Assembly: GCA_937899275.1 (NCBI GenBank)
Contig: CALBPE010000053.1
Span: 1-42,302, forward strand
Source: an uncultured Chlamydiae bacterium
GTDB taxonomy: Bacteria; Chlamydiota; Chlamydiia; Chlamydiales; SM23-39
Direction of reading: 5' to 3'
Length of the DNA: 42,302 bases
The notes under the pieces are model-generated. The model was not told the origin of the DNA, searched no databases, and saw nothing but the letters and a program-made list of their open reading frames with translations. Position 1 is the stretch's first letter, and the number at the start of each line of letters is the position of its first letter. Of this stretch, positions 18,755 to 27,629 are shown in pieces. The translations under genes and the position numbers were made by a program.

Positions 18755-19300
18755 ATGCAAAAAATTTTCTTACTGCGTCTTTTTTCTTGTGCATTATACG
18801 TCCTTTTAGGTGGATCGATCGCCTTTTTTTTCTTATCTTTTCTATACCAAGAAACGGTATTTTCTTTGACCTACCATCACTGGGCGATGCAGACAAGCCT
18901 TCTTGTCATCGCAATTTTTTTGGTGCAGATCTATCTCATTAAATGGGATAAACAAAAGGAAAAAATTCTACAGGAAAAAACAGAAGAGCAACAAGAAAAA
19001 TCTTTGCTTTCCACGAACAATATACGAGAGGATTTTGAGAATTTTAAACGGGAGTCTTTACACGCATTTAAAGGGACAATTAAAATCTCTTCTCTTTTTT
19101 GGATTTATTCTATCAAAAAAGAAAAGGTGCTCTCTTTTGAAGAGGCAAAAAAAGAGGTGTTTCGTTCGTTAAAAAAGCAGTATACAGCCGTTCCTTGGAT
19201 GGGCGATCTTTTAGAAGACATCAGAAAAGATTTGAACAAATACGATAAATCGATCAAAAACGATTGCTTAAAGCCCTCAGAGCTTGATCCAGACAAATAG
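18755..19300 (+). CDS. Hypothetical membrane protein (two N-terminal TM helices, charged helical tail)
   Basis: 181-aa ORF filling the gap between murA and ispF; no family recognised. Confidence 0.6.
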   Translation: MQKIFLLRLFSCALYVLLGGSIAFFFLSFLYQETVFSLTYHHWAMQTSLLVIAIFLVQIYLIKWDKQKEKILQEKTEEQQEKSLLSTNNIREDFENFKRESLHAFKGTIKISSLFWIYSIKKEKVLSFEEAKKEVFRSLKKQYTAVPWMGDLLEDIRKDLNKYDKSIKNDCLKPSELDPDK

Positions 19301-19347
19301 GATTTTCTTTCTATCAACCGCAAAACTTGTATATACTGATTCTACAT

Positions 19348-19845
19348 ATGACAAGTTATCGATATAAAACTGGTTTAGGCCAGGACAGTCACCGTTTTTT
19401 ACCTGAAGGCTCTGCCAAACCCTGTATTATTGGTGGGGTGATCTTTTCAGATGCACCTGGCTTATCAGCGCATTCTGATGGGGATGTGGTGTTTCATGCG
19501 CTTTGCAATGCGATCACATCGATTACCACAGTACCGATTTTAGGAGGCATTGCAAACGAGCTATGCTTAAAAGATGGGATCACAGATTCTCTTGTCTATC
19601 TACAAAAAGCGCTGGATACTCTAAAAGAAACAGAAGTGGTCCATATCGCCTTATCACTCGAGGCAAAGCGGCCTAGATTAGAAAAAAGGCTTCCAGAAAT
19701 CCGAAAAAATGTAGCAGCAGCCGCGCGCATCTCAATACAATCGGTAGGGGCTACCGCGACTTCTGGAGATGGCCTCACCGATTTTGGCTGCGGCGATGGG
19801 ATTCAGTGTTTTTGTATTCTTACGGTTCGGGAAAAAATCGATTAA
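19348..19845 (+). CDS. ispF: 2-C-methyl-D-erythritol 2,4-cyclodiphosphate synthase
   Basis: GLGQDSHRF, HSDGDVVFHALCNA, TATSGDGL (chlamydial variant). Start placed at ATG 19348. Confidence 0.93.
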   Translation: MTSYRYKTGLGQDSHRFLPEGSAKPCIIGGVIFSDAPGLSAHSDGDVVFHALCNAITSITTVPILGGIANELCLKDGITDSLVYLQKALDTLKETEVVHIALSLEAKRPRLEKRLPEIRKNVAAAARISIQSVGATATSGDGLTDFGCGDGIQCFCILTVREKID

Positions 19846-20924
19846 TATACGTCTAGCAGCAGCCGCTTAGTTTTTTTTAGATCCCGGATGTAGCTTGAAG
19901 ATTGTTCTTCAGAAAGCCCTTTTTCCTTTGACGCAATCTGTTTTAGCATTTCCAAGACATCTTTTGCCATGTTTTTTGCATCGCCGCAAATGTACAAAAT
20001 AGCCCCTTTTTCCATCCAAGAGATCAGCTTTTTTCTATTGGCAAAAAGAGCGTCTTGTACATACCGTTTTTCTTCTTGATCACGGGAAAAAACAGAAGTT
20101 ATTTGTAAGGGGATTTTTTTAGAAAGCTCTTCCCAGTCATTTTGGTAATAAAAATCATAAGCTTTTTGCCTTTCTCCAAAGATCAACCAGTTGTTACCCT
20201 CGCTTTGATGGAAGGCGCGTTCTTCTAAAAATGCTCTAAAAGGGGCAATGCCTGTTCCAGGCCCGATCATAACAATCGGTGCATTGGGATCTTTCGGTAA
20301 ATGAAAATCTTTTGCGGCTTGTATATATCCTTGCACAAGATCCCCTTTTTGTAAGCTATGGCAAAGATAGGAACTTCCCAGTCCATAACGGATATTTCCT
20401 TTTACTTCATAGGAAGCTAGCGCAACCGTCAAATGGATTTCAAAGGGTCTGTACAAAGAAGAGCTAGCAATAGAATAAAACCTAGGAGTCATTGGAAGAA
20501 GGCTATCTGTTAGCGTTTGTACATCTATTTTACATGCTTTTTTCGGAAGTAGATCGATCAAATCTACTGCAGTTGACGCATCTTTTGAAAACGCGAGATC
20601 TAAGCAGGCGCAAAAACGCCTTGTCGCTTTTTGTAGATTTGCTTTTTCCTTTAAAAAGGTCTTAAAAGAAATCTTTTGTCCACTTTTTTTGGGGAAAACC
20701 AGTTCTTTTCCCGAAAAGCCCGTTTTTTCCAAAAAAAGGTCCACTACAGCATCGGAGTTTTTTGGGTAAACCGCAATGCTATCACCTGGAACAAAAAGCG
20801 CAGGTTTTTCTGTTTTTAAGACGACATGAAAAGTGCTTTTACTCGACCCTTTTTGATTCAGGAGCTCTTTTTTTTCAAATACAGCATCTACTTGGATTTT
20901 TGTGGACTGATCTACCGTTTGCAT
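19842..20924 (-). CDS. cysJ: CysJ-like FAD/NADPH reductase lacking the flavodoxin domain
   Basis: PRFYSIASS, MIGPGTGIAPFRAF, FSRDQ, YVQD, YICGDA, terminal DVY; next to ispF as in chlamydiae. Confidence 0.85.
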   Translation of the reverse strand: MQTVDQSTKIQVDAVFEKKELLNQKGSSKSTFHVVLKTEKPALFVPGDSIAVYPKNSDAVVDLFLEKTGFSGKELVFPKKSGQKISFKTFLKEKANLQKATRRFCACLDLAFSKDASTAVDLIDLLPKKACKIDVQTLTDSLLPMTPRFYSIASSSLYRPFEIHLTVALASYEVKGNIRYGLGSSYLCHSLQKGDLVQGYIQAAKDFHLPKDPNAPIVMIGPGTGIAPFRAFLEERAFHQSEGNNWLIFGERQKAYDFYYQNDWEELSKKIPLQITSVFSRDQEEKRYVQDALFANRKKLISWMEKGAILYICGDAKNMAKDVLEMLKQIASKEKGLSEEQSSSYIRDLKKTKRLLLDVY

Positions 20925-20967
20925 AAAATTCTAGACAAAAGAAAAGGAAACATTTTACTTTAAGGTT

Positions 20968-21108
20968 ATGATACGTTACCTAAGTATACTACTTATCCTC
21001 TCCTCATGCAATAGCGGCTATCATAACCGGGCCTATATTCTGTCTCATAGACAAGATCCTCTTCCTATTCCACAAGAAGAGTGGAATGAGGAAGAATCTG
21101 AGGAATAA
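20968..21108 (+). CDS. Small 46-aa predicted lipoprotein, below the ORF-track cutoff
   Basis: Translates to MIRYLSILLILSSCNSGYHNRAYILSHRQDPLPIPQEEWNEEESEE*: signal peptide with LSSC lipobox and an acidic tail; fills the intergenic gap. Confidence 0.65.
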   Translation: MIRYLSILLILSSCNSGYHNRAYILSHRQDPLPIPQEEWNEEESEE

Positions 21109-21143
21109 AGATATCTTTCCTCTATGGTTAGAAATGGCGCAGG

Positions 21144-21437
21144 TTACGATTGAGAACCCTGCTTTTTTCCTCCCAAAGTGTTAGCTAGTCTACGCTTAAC
21201 GCTATCCATATCCATTTCTCCGATCTGTCCCGTCTTCAGACGTACTTTGGCGAATGCTATAATATCTGCATCAAGGGATTTATATTCAGGGTTTTGTTTT
21301 TCTTCAGGAACGTTCACAAAACCGTATTGACTAGGGTCCAGATATGCCGTTATTGCGCTTCTATGGTGCAGGCTCAGATTATCAGGCAGCTTTTTTCTCG
21401 GGCCCTCTGGCAGTAAGAGCTCTTTTAGTTTTGGCAA
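21144..21437 (-). CDS. Hypothetical protein (start uncertain)
   Basis: 97-codon ORF downstream of gltX with a TTG start; an out-of-frame ATG just upstream hints at a possible 5' frameshift. Confidence 0.5.
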   Translation of the reverse strand: MPKLKELLLPEGPRKKLPDNLSLHHRSAITAYLDPSQYGFVNVPEEKQNPEYKSLDADIIAFAKVRLKTGQIGEMDMDSVKRRLANTLGGKKQGSQS

Positions 21438-21496
21438 GCGATTCAGCTTGGGAAGATCATCTTATTCTAATGATAAAGCGGTTTTTAAATAAGTAT

Positions 21497-23008
21497 TTAA
21501 CTTTTTTTGTTTGAATCTAGAGCTAGGATCTCTTCGCTTTCCCAGAACTTTTTCATAGAGAGGAGTTTTTTATTTGAAATGCCTCCTAAAAATTGGATGG
21601 CTCGTAAAAAGCGGGCTCTTGCACGTTCTTTACCCAGAATAGCTACTGATGCGAATAATGGAGGACCTTTGCGTTTGCCCATGATTGTGGCAAAAAGAAT
21701 GGGTATAATGATTTTCTTATGGTGCAGGTTGCATCGTTTAGCTACTTCATGAGAGGCTTTTTCGATGTTTTCTTTTGACCAATCTTCCTGTAGAAAAAAT
21801 AGTAGGTACTGCAAGACTTGCTTGATGGTATCTTGATCTACTCCCTTGATTGTGAATAAAGATTCAGTGAGATCTAAGCGGTCTGCAAAGAAAAAATCAC
21901 AAAGGGGGATGAAATCACTGAAAGTTTTCATCCGGGTATGGGCAAGAGACATCAGCTTTTGCATGAACTCTTCTTGAAAAGACCACTCCTGGATTCTTTT
22001 CCAAAGGTCTTTTTCTTCGATGGTTTCTATGATGTATTTCTGGTTGATCCAGTCGAGTTTTTTTTGATCAAAAAAAGCGCCTGATTTCCCAATCCTTGTA
22101 GGATCAAAGGTAGAGATGATTTTTTCTAAAGGGTAGATTTCTTCAGCATCTTCCATGCTGTAGCCCATTAAGGTTAGAAAATTTACAAGGGCTTCAGGAA
22201 GGTAGCCACTTTTTTGGAAGTAAAATACAGAGGTGGGATTCTTTCTTTTGGAGAGCTTTTTTCCATCGTCTCCTAAAAGAAGAGGCATATGCATGAATGT
22301 GGGTTTAGAAAATCCAAAGGCTTCATATAGAAATATATGCTTGGCGGTAGATGAAATCCATTCATCTCCACGGATCACATGGGTGATTTTCATTAAATGA
22401 TCATCTACCACATTGGCTAGGTGGTAGGTAGGAAATCCGTCGGATTTGATCAAAATCTGGTCGTCGATGTCTTGCCAAGGGGTGGTGATGCGCCCTTTAA
22501 TTGCGTCTTCAAAAACGCATTCTCCTTGTAGGGGAATTTTTAAGCGGATGACATACGGCTCACCTTTTGCTTCTTTTTCTGCGACTTCTTCTTTTGATAA
22601 GCTGCGGTATCTGCGATCGTAACCTATTCTATGGCCCATTTTTTTCGCAAGCTCGCGCATTTCTAAAAGCTCTTCAGCTGTAGCAAAGCATTTATATGCA
22701 TAGCCTTTGTCTAGTAGCATTTGCGCGTATTCTTGGTAGATGGAAAAACGCTCTGATTGTCTGTAAGGGCCGTAAGGGCCTCCAATATCTGGGCCTTCAT
22801 CCCATGTGATATTGCACCACTTAAGGGCTTTATAAATGTTTTCTTCAAACTCTTTAGTAGATCTAGACTGATCTGTATCTTCGATCCTTAACACAAACGT
22901 GCCTTTAAAATGGCGGGCAAAAATCATGTTAAAAAGAGCGATGAATGCAGTGCCTACATGAGGATCACCAGAAGGAGAGGGAGCTATACGAACGCGAACA
23001 TTTTCCAT
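21497..23008 (-). CDS. gltX: Glutamate--tRNA ligase
   Basis: RIAPSPSGDPHVGT (HIGH), LRIEDTD, HVIRGDEW, KLSKR (KMSKS). Start placed at MENVRVR. Confidence 0.97.
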   Translation of the reverse strand: MENVRVRIAPSPSGDPHVGTAFIALFNMIFARHFKGTFVLRIEDTDQSRSTKEFEENIYKALKWCNITWDEGPDIGGPYGPYRQSERFSIYQEYAQMLLDKGYAYKCFATAEELLEMRELAKKMGHRIGYDRRYRSLSKEEVAEKEAKGEPYVIRLKIPLQGECVFEDAIKGRITTPWQDIDDQILIKSDGFPTYHLANVVDDHLMKITHVIRGDEWISSTAKHIFLYEAFGFSKPTFMHMPLLLGDDGKKLSKRKNPTSVFYFQKSGYLPEALVNFLTLMGYSMEDAEEIYPLEKIISTFDPTRIGKSGAFFDQKKLDWINQKYIIETIEEKDLWKRIQEWSFQEEFMQKLMSLAHTRMKTFSDFIPLCDFFFADRLDLTESLFTIKGVDQDTIKQVLQYLLFFLQEDWSKENIEKASHEVAKRCNLHHKKIIIPILFATIMGKRKGPPLFASVAILGKERARARFLRAIQFLGGISNKKLLSMKKFWESEEILALDSNKKS

Positions 23009-23033
23009 GGACAATACTATGCCGGGTTTTCTC

Positions 23034-24968
23034 TTAAGAATCAATATGGATCAAGACAAGAAGGTCTTTCATAATGTGTATACACTCTTCTAATTGGAGG
23101 TCTTGTAGAGCAAATTTTTCTAGATCTTCTGCAGGTGCGGTATCTTTTATTGCGGCTAAAAACTGCTGGTAGCGTGGGTTTTCTGCGATTCTTTGTGAGG
23201 AATTTTGTTGCAGCTGGCTTTGGTAGGCTTGGTATAAAGGCTCTGCTTTTTGTAGGTGTTTGCGGTATAAAGCGCCTAGTCGTTTTCTTTGTAGTAAAGG
23301 GATATCTGATAAATCGTCTACGAAACGGGGGGAAATAGCGTCTTCTTGTATGGGAAATGTTCCAAAGCTTTCACCAATATCGGCTTCTTCAAATAAGCCA
23401 GGTACGATAAGATCGGGTTTCACTCCAACAAGCTGGGGGCTTTTCCCTGAAACGGTATAATACATCCCTCTTGTGACTTTAAATTCTCCTTCAGGATTGA
23501 CTGTTCCAGTAGAGCTTGCATCTAATGTAAAGCCTTGAAACGTTCCTTTACCAAATGTTCTAGAATCGCCGACGGTTAACGACCTTCCATAGTCTTGCAA
23601 AGACCCTGTTACGATTTCAGAAGAAGAAGCGGAAAGTTTGTTGGTAAGTACAATTAACGGCCCTTGCCAAAATGCTTTGCCGTTTTGCGCTCTGGAGTGG
23701 TATATCCGGTGGAGGCTATCTTTAACAGAGACGACAATACCATTTTCAATGAAAAGGCTGGTGACTTTTACCGCTTCGTCTAGCATGCCTCCTGAGTTGT
23801 TCCGAAGGTCTAAAATCACGCCTTTAAGGTGGTGATTTTTTTGCACTTCTTGTAGCGCATTTTTAATGTCTTTAGATGAAGAGGTGTTTTCATCTCTGTA
23901 AAAAGAAAAAAGCCGCACATGTGCAATGACCCCATCTCCAAAAGGGTGGGTCTCTGTGCGTATTCTAGAATCTTCTAGTACGATTTCATCTCGGGTAAGC
24001 TCTACATCGATGGTTTCTAAAGAAGCCGTTTCGTTTTTTGTGACTTCTCTTAATACAGTCAAGGTGACTTTAGAGCCTTGTTCTCCGCGGATTTTTTCTA
24101 CCGCTTCAAATACATTTAAACCAGCTACAGGCTGATTGTCGACGGCGATGATCCTATCACCCATTTTTAATGTAGATTTTTCTGCGGGGCTGCCCTCTAA
24201 AATCCTCATTACGCTAAAGCCATCTAAGGTATCTTTTAACTGCGCTCCAATCCCAAAAAGCCTTTGCTGCACTTGAATCATGAACTGGACAGCCTCTCGG
24301 GGGGTAAAATAACTTGTGTTGGAATCTAACGACTGACAAAAAGCCTTTAGAACGTTCACAAGGATCCATTTTTCCTGCTCTTTAGGATCTTTTTGATCCA
24401 TGGCTTTTTCCCTAATGGAGCGGTTTTTTTGGATCATTTTGAGATACAAAGAGCGGGTCTTTTCATCAAGCTTGCTAGCGGTGTTTTCGTGTAAATAGCG
24501 GAGCTTCATCCACCGGTTTTTTAATTCAGATGGCGTTTTGGCCCAGCCTCTTTTTTCCCAAGTTTTCCAAGAATCTACCGATATATCTGCAGAAGGCGCC
24601 TTTTCTTCCAACGTAGACTCAGCGGCATTTCTTCGAGAAATGGCTACTGGTAGCTGTTTTTGTATTTCATGAAATGCAGCGTATTTTCCGTAGCGCAGTC
24701 CATCTGCTACGTCGGATAGCGTTTTTTCAGAGGGGCTGAGCCAGCGCTCTACTTCTTCTTCGAGAAAATAAAGCTTTGCAGGGTCAATCTCTGTTAGGAA
24801 ATTTTTGAGGGTTCTTTTTGCAAGTTCTTGATTGATCGATTGATAAGAGAAATGCACATCTAAAATATGCTGCATTTTTTCCCGAACAACTCGAGGAGTC
24901 AGGTTCGGTGAAGAGCTATATAAGCAAGAACTTAGGCATAGAATCCAAAAAAGTAGAGCTCTTGCCAC
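23034..24968 (-). CDS. tsp: Tail-specific (C-terminal processing) protease, S41A family
   Basis: Signal peptide, PDZ (GIGAQL..GSPA..GDRIIAVD), LDLRNNSGG, SASSSEI catalytic Ser, TFGKG catalytic Lys. Confidence 0.95.
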   Translation of the reverse strand: MARALLFWILCLSSCLYSSSPNLTPRVVREKMQHILDVHFSYQSINQELAKRTLKNFLTEIDPAKLYFLEEEVERWLSPSEKTLSDVADGLRYGKYAAFHEIQKQLPVAISRRNAAESTLEEKAPSADISVDSWKTWEKRGWAKTPSELKNRWMKLRYLHENTASKLDEKTRSLYLKMIQKNRSIREKAMDQKDPKEQEKWILVNVLKAFCQSLDSNTSYFTPREAVQFMIQVQQRLFGIGAQLKDTLDGFSVMRILEGSPAEKSTLKMGDRIIAVDNQPVAGLNVFEAVEKIRGEQGSKVTLTVLREVTKNETASLETIDVELTRDEIVLEDSRIRTETHPFGDGVIAHVRLFSFYRDENTSSSKDIKNALQEVQKNHHLKGVILDLRNNSGGMLDEAVKVTSLFIENGIVVSVKDSLHRIYHSRAQNGKAFWQGPLIVLTNKLSASSSEIVTGSLQDYGRSLTVGDSRTFGKGTFQGFTLDASSTGTVNPEGEFKVTRGMYYTVSGKSPQLVGVKPDLIVPGLFEEADIGESFGTFPIQEDAISPRFVDDLSDIPLLQRKRLGALYRKHLQKAEPLYQAYQSQLQQNSSQRIAENPRYQQFLAAIKDTAPAEDLEKFALQDLQLEECIHIMKDLLVLIHIDS

Positions 24969-25127
24969 AGGGATCTCCTCATCTTCTATTGATCAATTTG
25001 TAACTATACGGGATCGTCTGATTAGATCCAAAATAAAAAGAATTTCTTCTCAAACTATTTATTTAGAATTGTTTATATGAATTAAGCAACTAATGAGGCT
25101 TTTTTAACAAACTATCTAGGATAGCTC

Positions 25128-25156
25128 TTGCTTTCAAGTCTTTATTATGTAATAAT
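25128..25156 (+). promoter_or_regulatory. Candidate sigma66 promoter of euo
   Basis: TTGCTT (25128-25133), 17-nt spacer, AATAAT (25151-25156), within the AT-rich tsp/euo divergent region. Confidence 0.4.
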
Positions 25157-25274
25157 GATTATTCAATAATGACAAAGTAATTGAGATAATGCATTAATCG
25201 CACTAGCGTTATCACCCAATTATTTGAATGTAAAAAGATTTTTTAACAAAAACCCCAAACGAAGGAAAAAAACC

Positions 25275-25742
25275 ATGGTAGAGGAAAAAGATTGGGACCA
25301 ACCGAGAGAGGCGATTATTCAAGAAGATCGACCTACATCGGATATTAAGGTGGTCTCTATAACAGAAGCTGCGAGAATTAATAATGTCACTCGCCAAGCG
25401 ATTTATGTTGCGATCAAACAACGCAAGTTGAAAGCGACAAAAAGCTCCACAAGATGGACAATTCATTTAGATGATTTAGAAGAGTATCGCAAAAATAAAT
25501 ACTCAAGAACAAAATCTACATATGAAGGGGAGCTTCTTTTTGACAACAATAAAGGGTTTTATTCTGTCAATCAAGCAGCGCAAATTTTAAATGTTCCTGC
25601 GCAAAAAGTCTATTATGCGACTAGAATTGGGCATTTAAAAGCGCACCGTAAAGGAGCTGCTTGGGTCGTCCATTCGGAGGATATTGAAGCCTATAAACAC
25701 GGCTACTTGCAAAAGAAAGTAACTGAGCAAGAAGCAAGTTAA
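25275..25742 (+). CDS. euo: EUO, chlamydial repressor of late developmental genes (tandem HTH)
   Basis: VSITEAARINNVTRQAIYVAIKQRKLKA, KYSRTKS, FDNNKGFYSVNQAA, QKVYYATR, RKGAAWV; GAAGGA RBS before ATG 25275; adjacent to recJ. Confidence 0.95.
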   Translation: MVEEKDWDQPREAIIQEDRPTSDIKVVSITEAARINNVTRQAIYVAIKQRKLKATKSSTRWTIHLDDLEEYRKNKYSRTKSTYEGELLFDNNKGFYSVNQAAQILNVPAQKVYYATRIGHLKAHRKGAAWVVHSEDIEAYKHGYLQKKVTEQEAS

Positions 25743-25745
25743 ATG

Positions 25746-25777
25746 AAAAAGCAGATGGCGCGCCATCTGCTTTTTTT
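25746..25777. terminator. Bidirectional intrinsic terminator between convergent euo and recJ
   Basis: AAAAAGCAGATGGCG|CGCCATCTGCTTTTT is a perfect 30-bp palindrome, giving U-tracts on both strands. Confidence 0.88.
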
Positions 25778-25779
25778 AT

Positions 25780-27495
25780 TTAAAAGTCTTTGATGTGCAG
25801 TTGAATCGTTGCTTTATTGTAGTAGTGATTGACTGTAGGTGTAAAAATCACCCGAAAGGTTCCTTTTTTTTCTTGTAAGGCTTCTAGCCTTTCGGCCATA
25901 CCAAAACCAATACCATCCAGTACCCTATCTCCCTGTTCTAAATGCATTTTCAGATGAGATCTCCCTACGATTTTTGCAGGTCGATGTAATTTGACATCTG
26001 TATAGAAAAAGGGAGCGGGATTTTCATTCCCAAAAGGCTCTAAGAGTTTCAGCGATTCCATGAAGTCAAAAGTAATATCTTGAAAATCAATCCGCGCATC
26101 GAGATACAGTTTTTTGACAACGTCCATATCACCAAGCGCTGCATTTGCTTCGTCGATAAAAGCTTTTTTCAGCTCTTCAATACGCTCTTTTTTGATGGTG
26201 AGCCCTGCTGCGTAGTCGTGGCCTCCAAAATTTTCTACAAGGTGACGGTGTTTTTTTAATACAGGTATAAGAGCAAAAGGTGGAATCGTTCTAATGGAGC
26301 CTTTGCCCAATGCAGAACCTACAGCAATAACCATCGCAGGGCGGTTATATTGCCTAGAAATTTTCGATGCAATGATGGGTACAACGCCTGGATGCCATGC
26401 ATCTGAATGAAACACAAGCGCTTTATCTTCGAGTAGCTCTGGCCCATTTTCTAGTATGTTTTCGACATCATCGGAACCCCGTTTATCAATTATCTGCCGC
26501 TGGGTTTTATACGCATAGCGCACAGATGCCAATTTTTCTGCTTATTTTTCATCGTTTGCAAGAAGCAGTTCAATTCCTTTTTGTGGGTTTGCGATTCTGC
26601 CTAAGCTATTGAGCCGTGGAGCAATTTTCAATGCGATATCGATGGGGGAAATTTCTCCTACATCTAAACCGCAAATTCTAAAGAGTTTTTTTAATCCAAT
26701 GCGGGCATTTTTTTTCAGTACCTCAAGGCCGTAGCGCACTAAGATCCGGTTTTCTCCTATCAACGCGCCCATATCCGCAATCGTTCCTAATGCGACAAGA
26801 TCAAGGTAATCTTTTAGATCCACTCGATTGGCAATCAATGCCCCTTTTTCTGTGAGTGCATTGAGTAAAGCGTGCGCTAATTTGAATGCAACACCAACGC
26901 CTGTTAACTCCCGATTGGGATAGGTGCTTTGGATTAATTTCGGGTTTAGGGTGGCTACCGAGTGGGGTAGTTTTTTCGTAGGCTCGTGGTGATCGGTGAT
27001 AATGATATCGATTTGCTTGCGGTCGATTGCAGATAGCTCTTTGCTAGAGCCGATACTACAGTCTACTGTAATCAAAAGAGAGCAGTTTTTTTCTTTAGCA
27101 TACTGGAACGCATTTTCTGAAAGGTTTTGACTGAGCTCTGCTGTATTGGGTATATAACAAAGTACGTTGACGCCAATTTTTTGTAAAAATTCGGTCAGAA
27201 GGGCGCCTCCACTCATGCCATCTACATCGTTATCTGCATAGACAAGTACCCGTTCTCGTTTTTTTAAAGCGGCAAGAACTCTTTTGACCGCTTTATCCAT
27301 ATCGGCAAAAAGGTGTGGGGAATGTAGCTGTGGTAATTTCCCGTAGAGAAAAGAATGAATCGCTTCTAAATCATCAACACCTCTAGATACAAAAATCTGC
27401 GCTGTTGCTGGATGGATGTGAAATTCTCGTATGATATTTTGTAAGAGAACCGGGTTGTTTTCAGGATAAATCCAAAGGTGGGAAGAAGGGCTCAT
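25780..27495 (-). CDS. recJ: ssDNA exonuclease RecJ with one in-frame TAA at 26542-26544 (probable sequence error or recent nonsense mutation)
   Basis: DNDVDG, TDHH, GTIAD and APRLNSLGR before the stop; WHPGV, GKGSIR, FGGHDYAAG and LEPFGNENP after it. The two ORFs share a frame with 3 sense codons between them. Confidence 0.93.
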
Positions 27496-27629
27496 CTAGA
27501 AAGACCTAATGCAATGGAAAATACTTGCGAAAACATGATGCGCTCAAGTTAGGTCAGGTGGGTTATACCTGAAAAACCAAAAATATACTATTGCTTGTAT
27601 TTTCGCAATTAAGATGCAAAAAAATCTCT

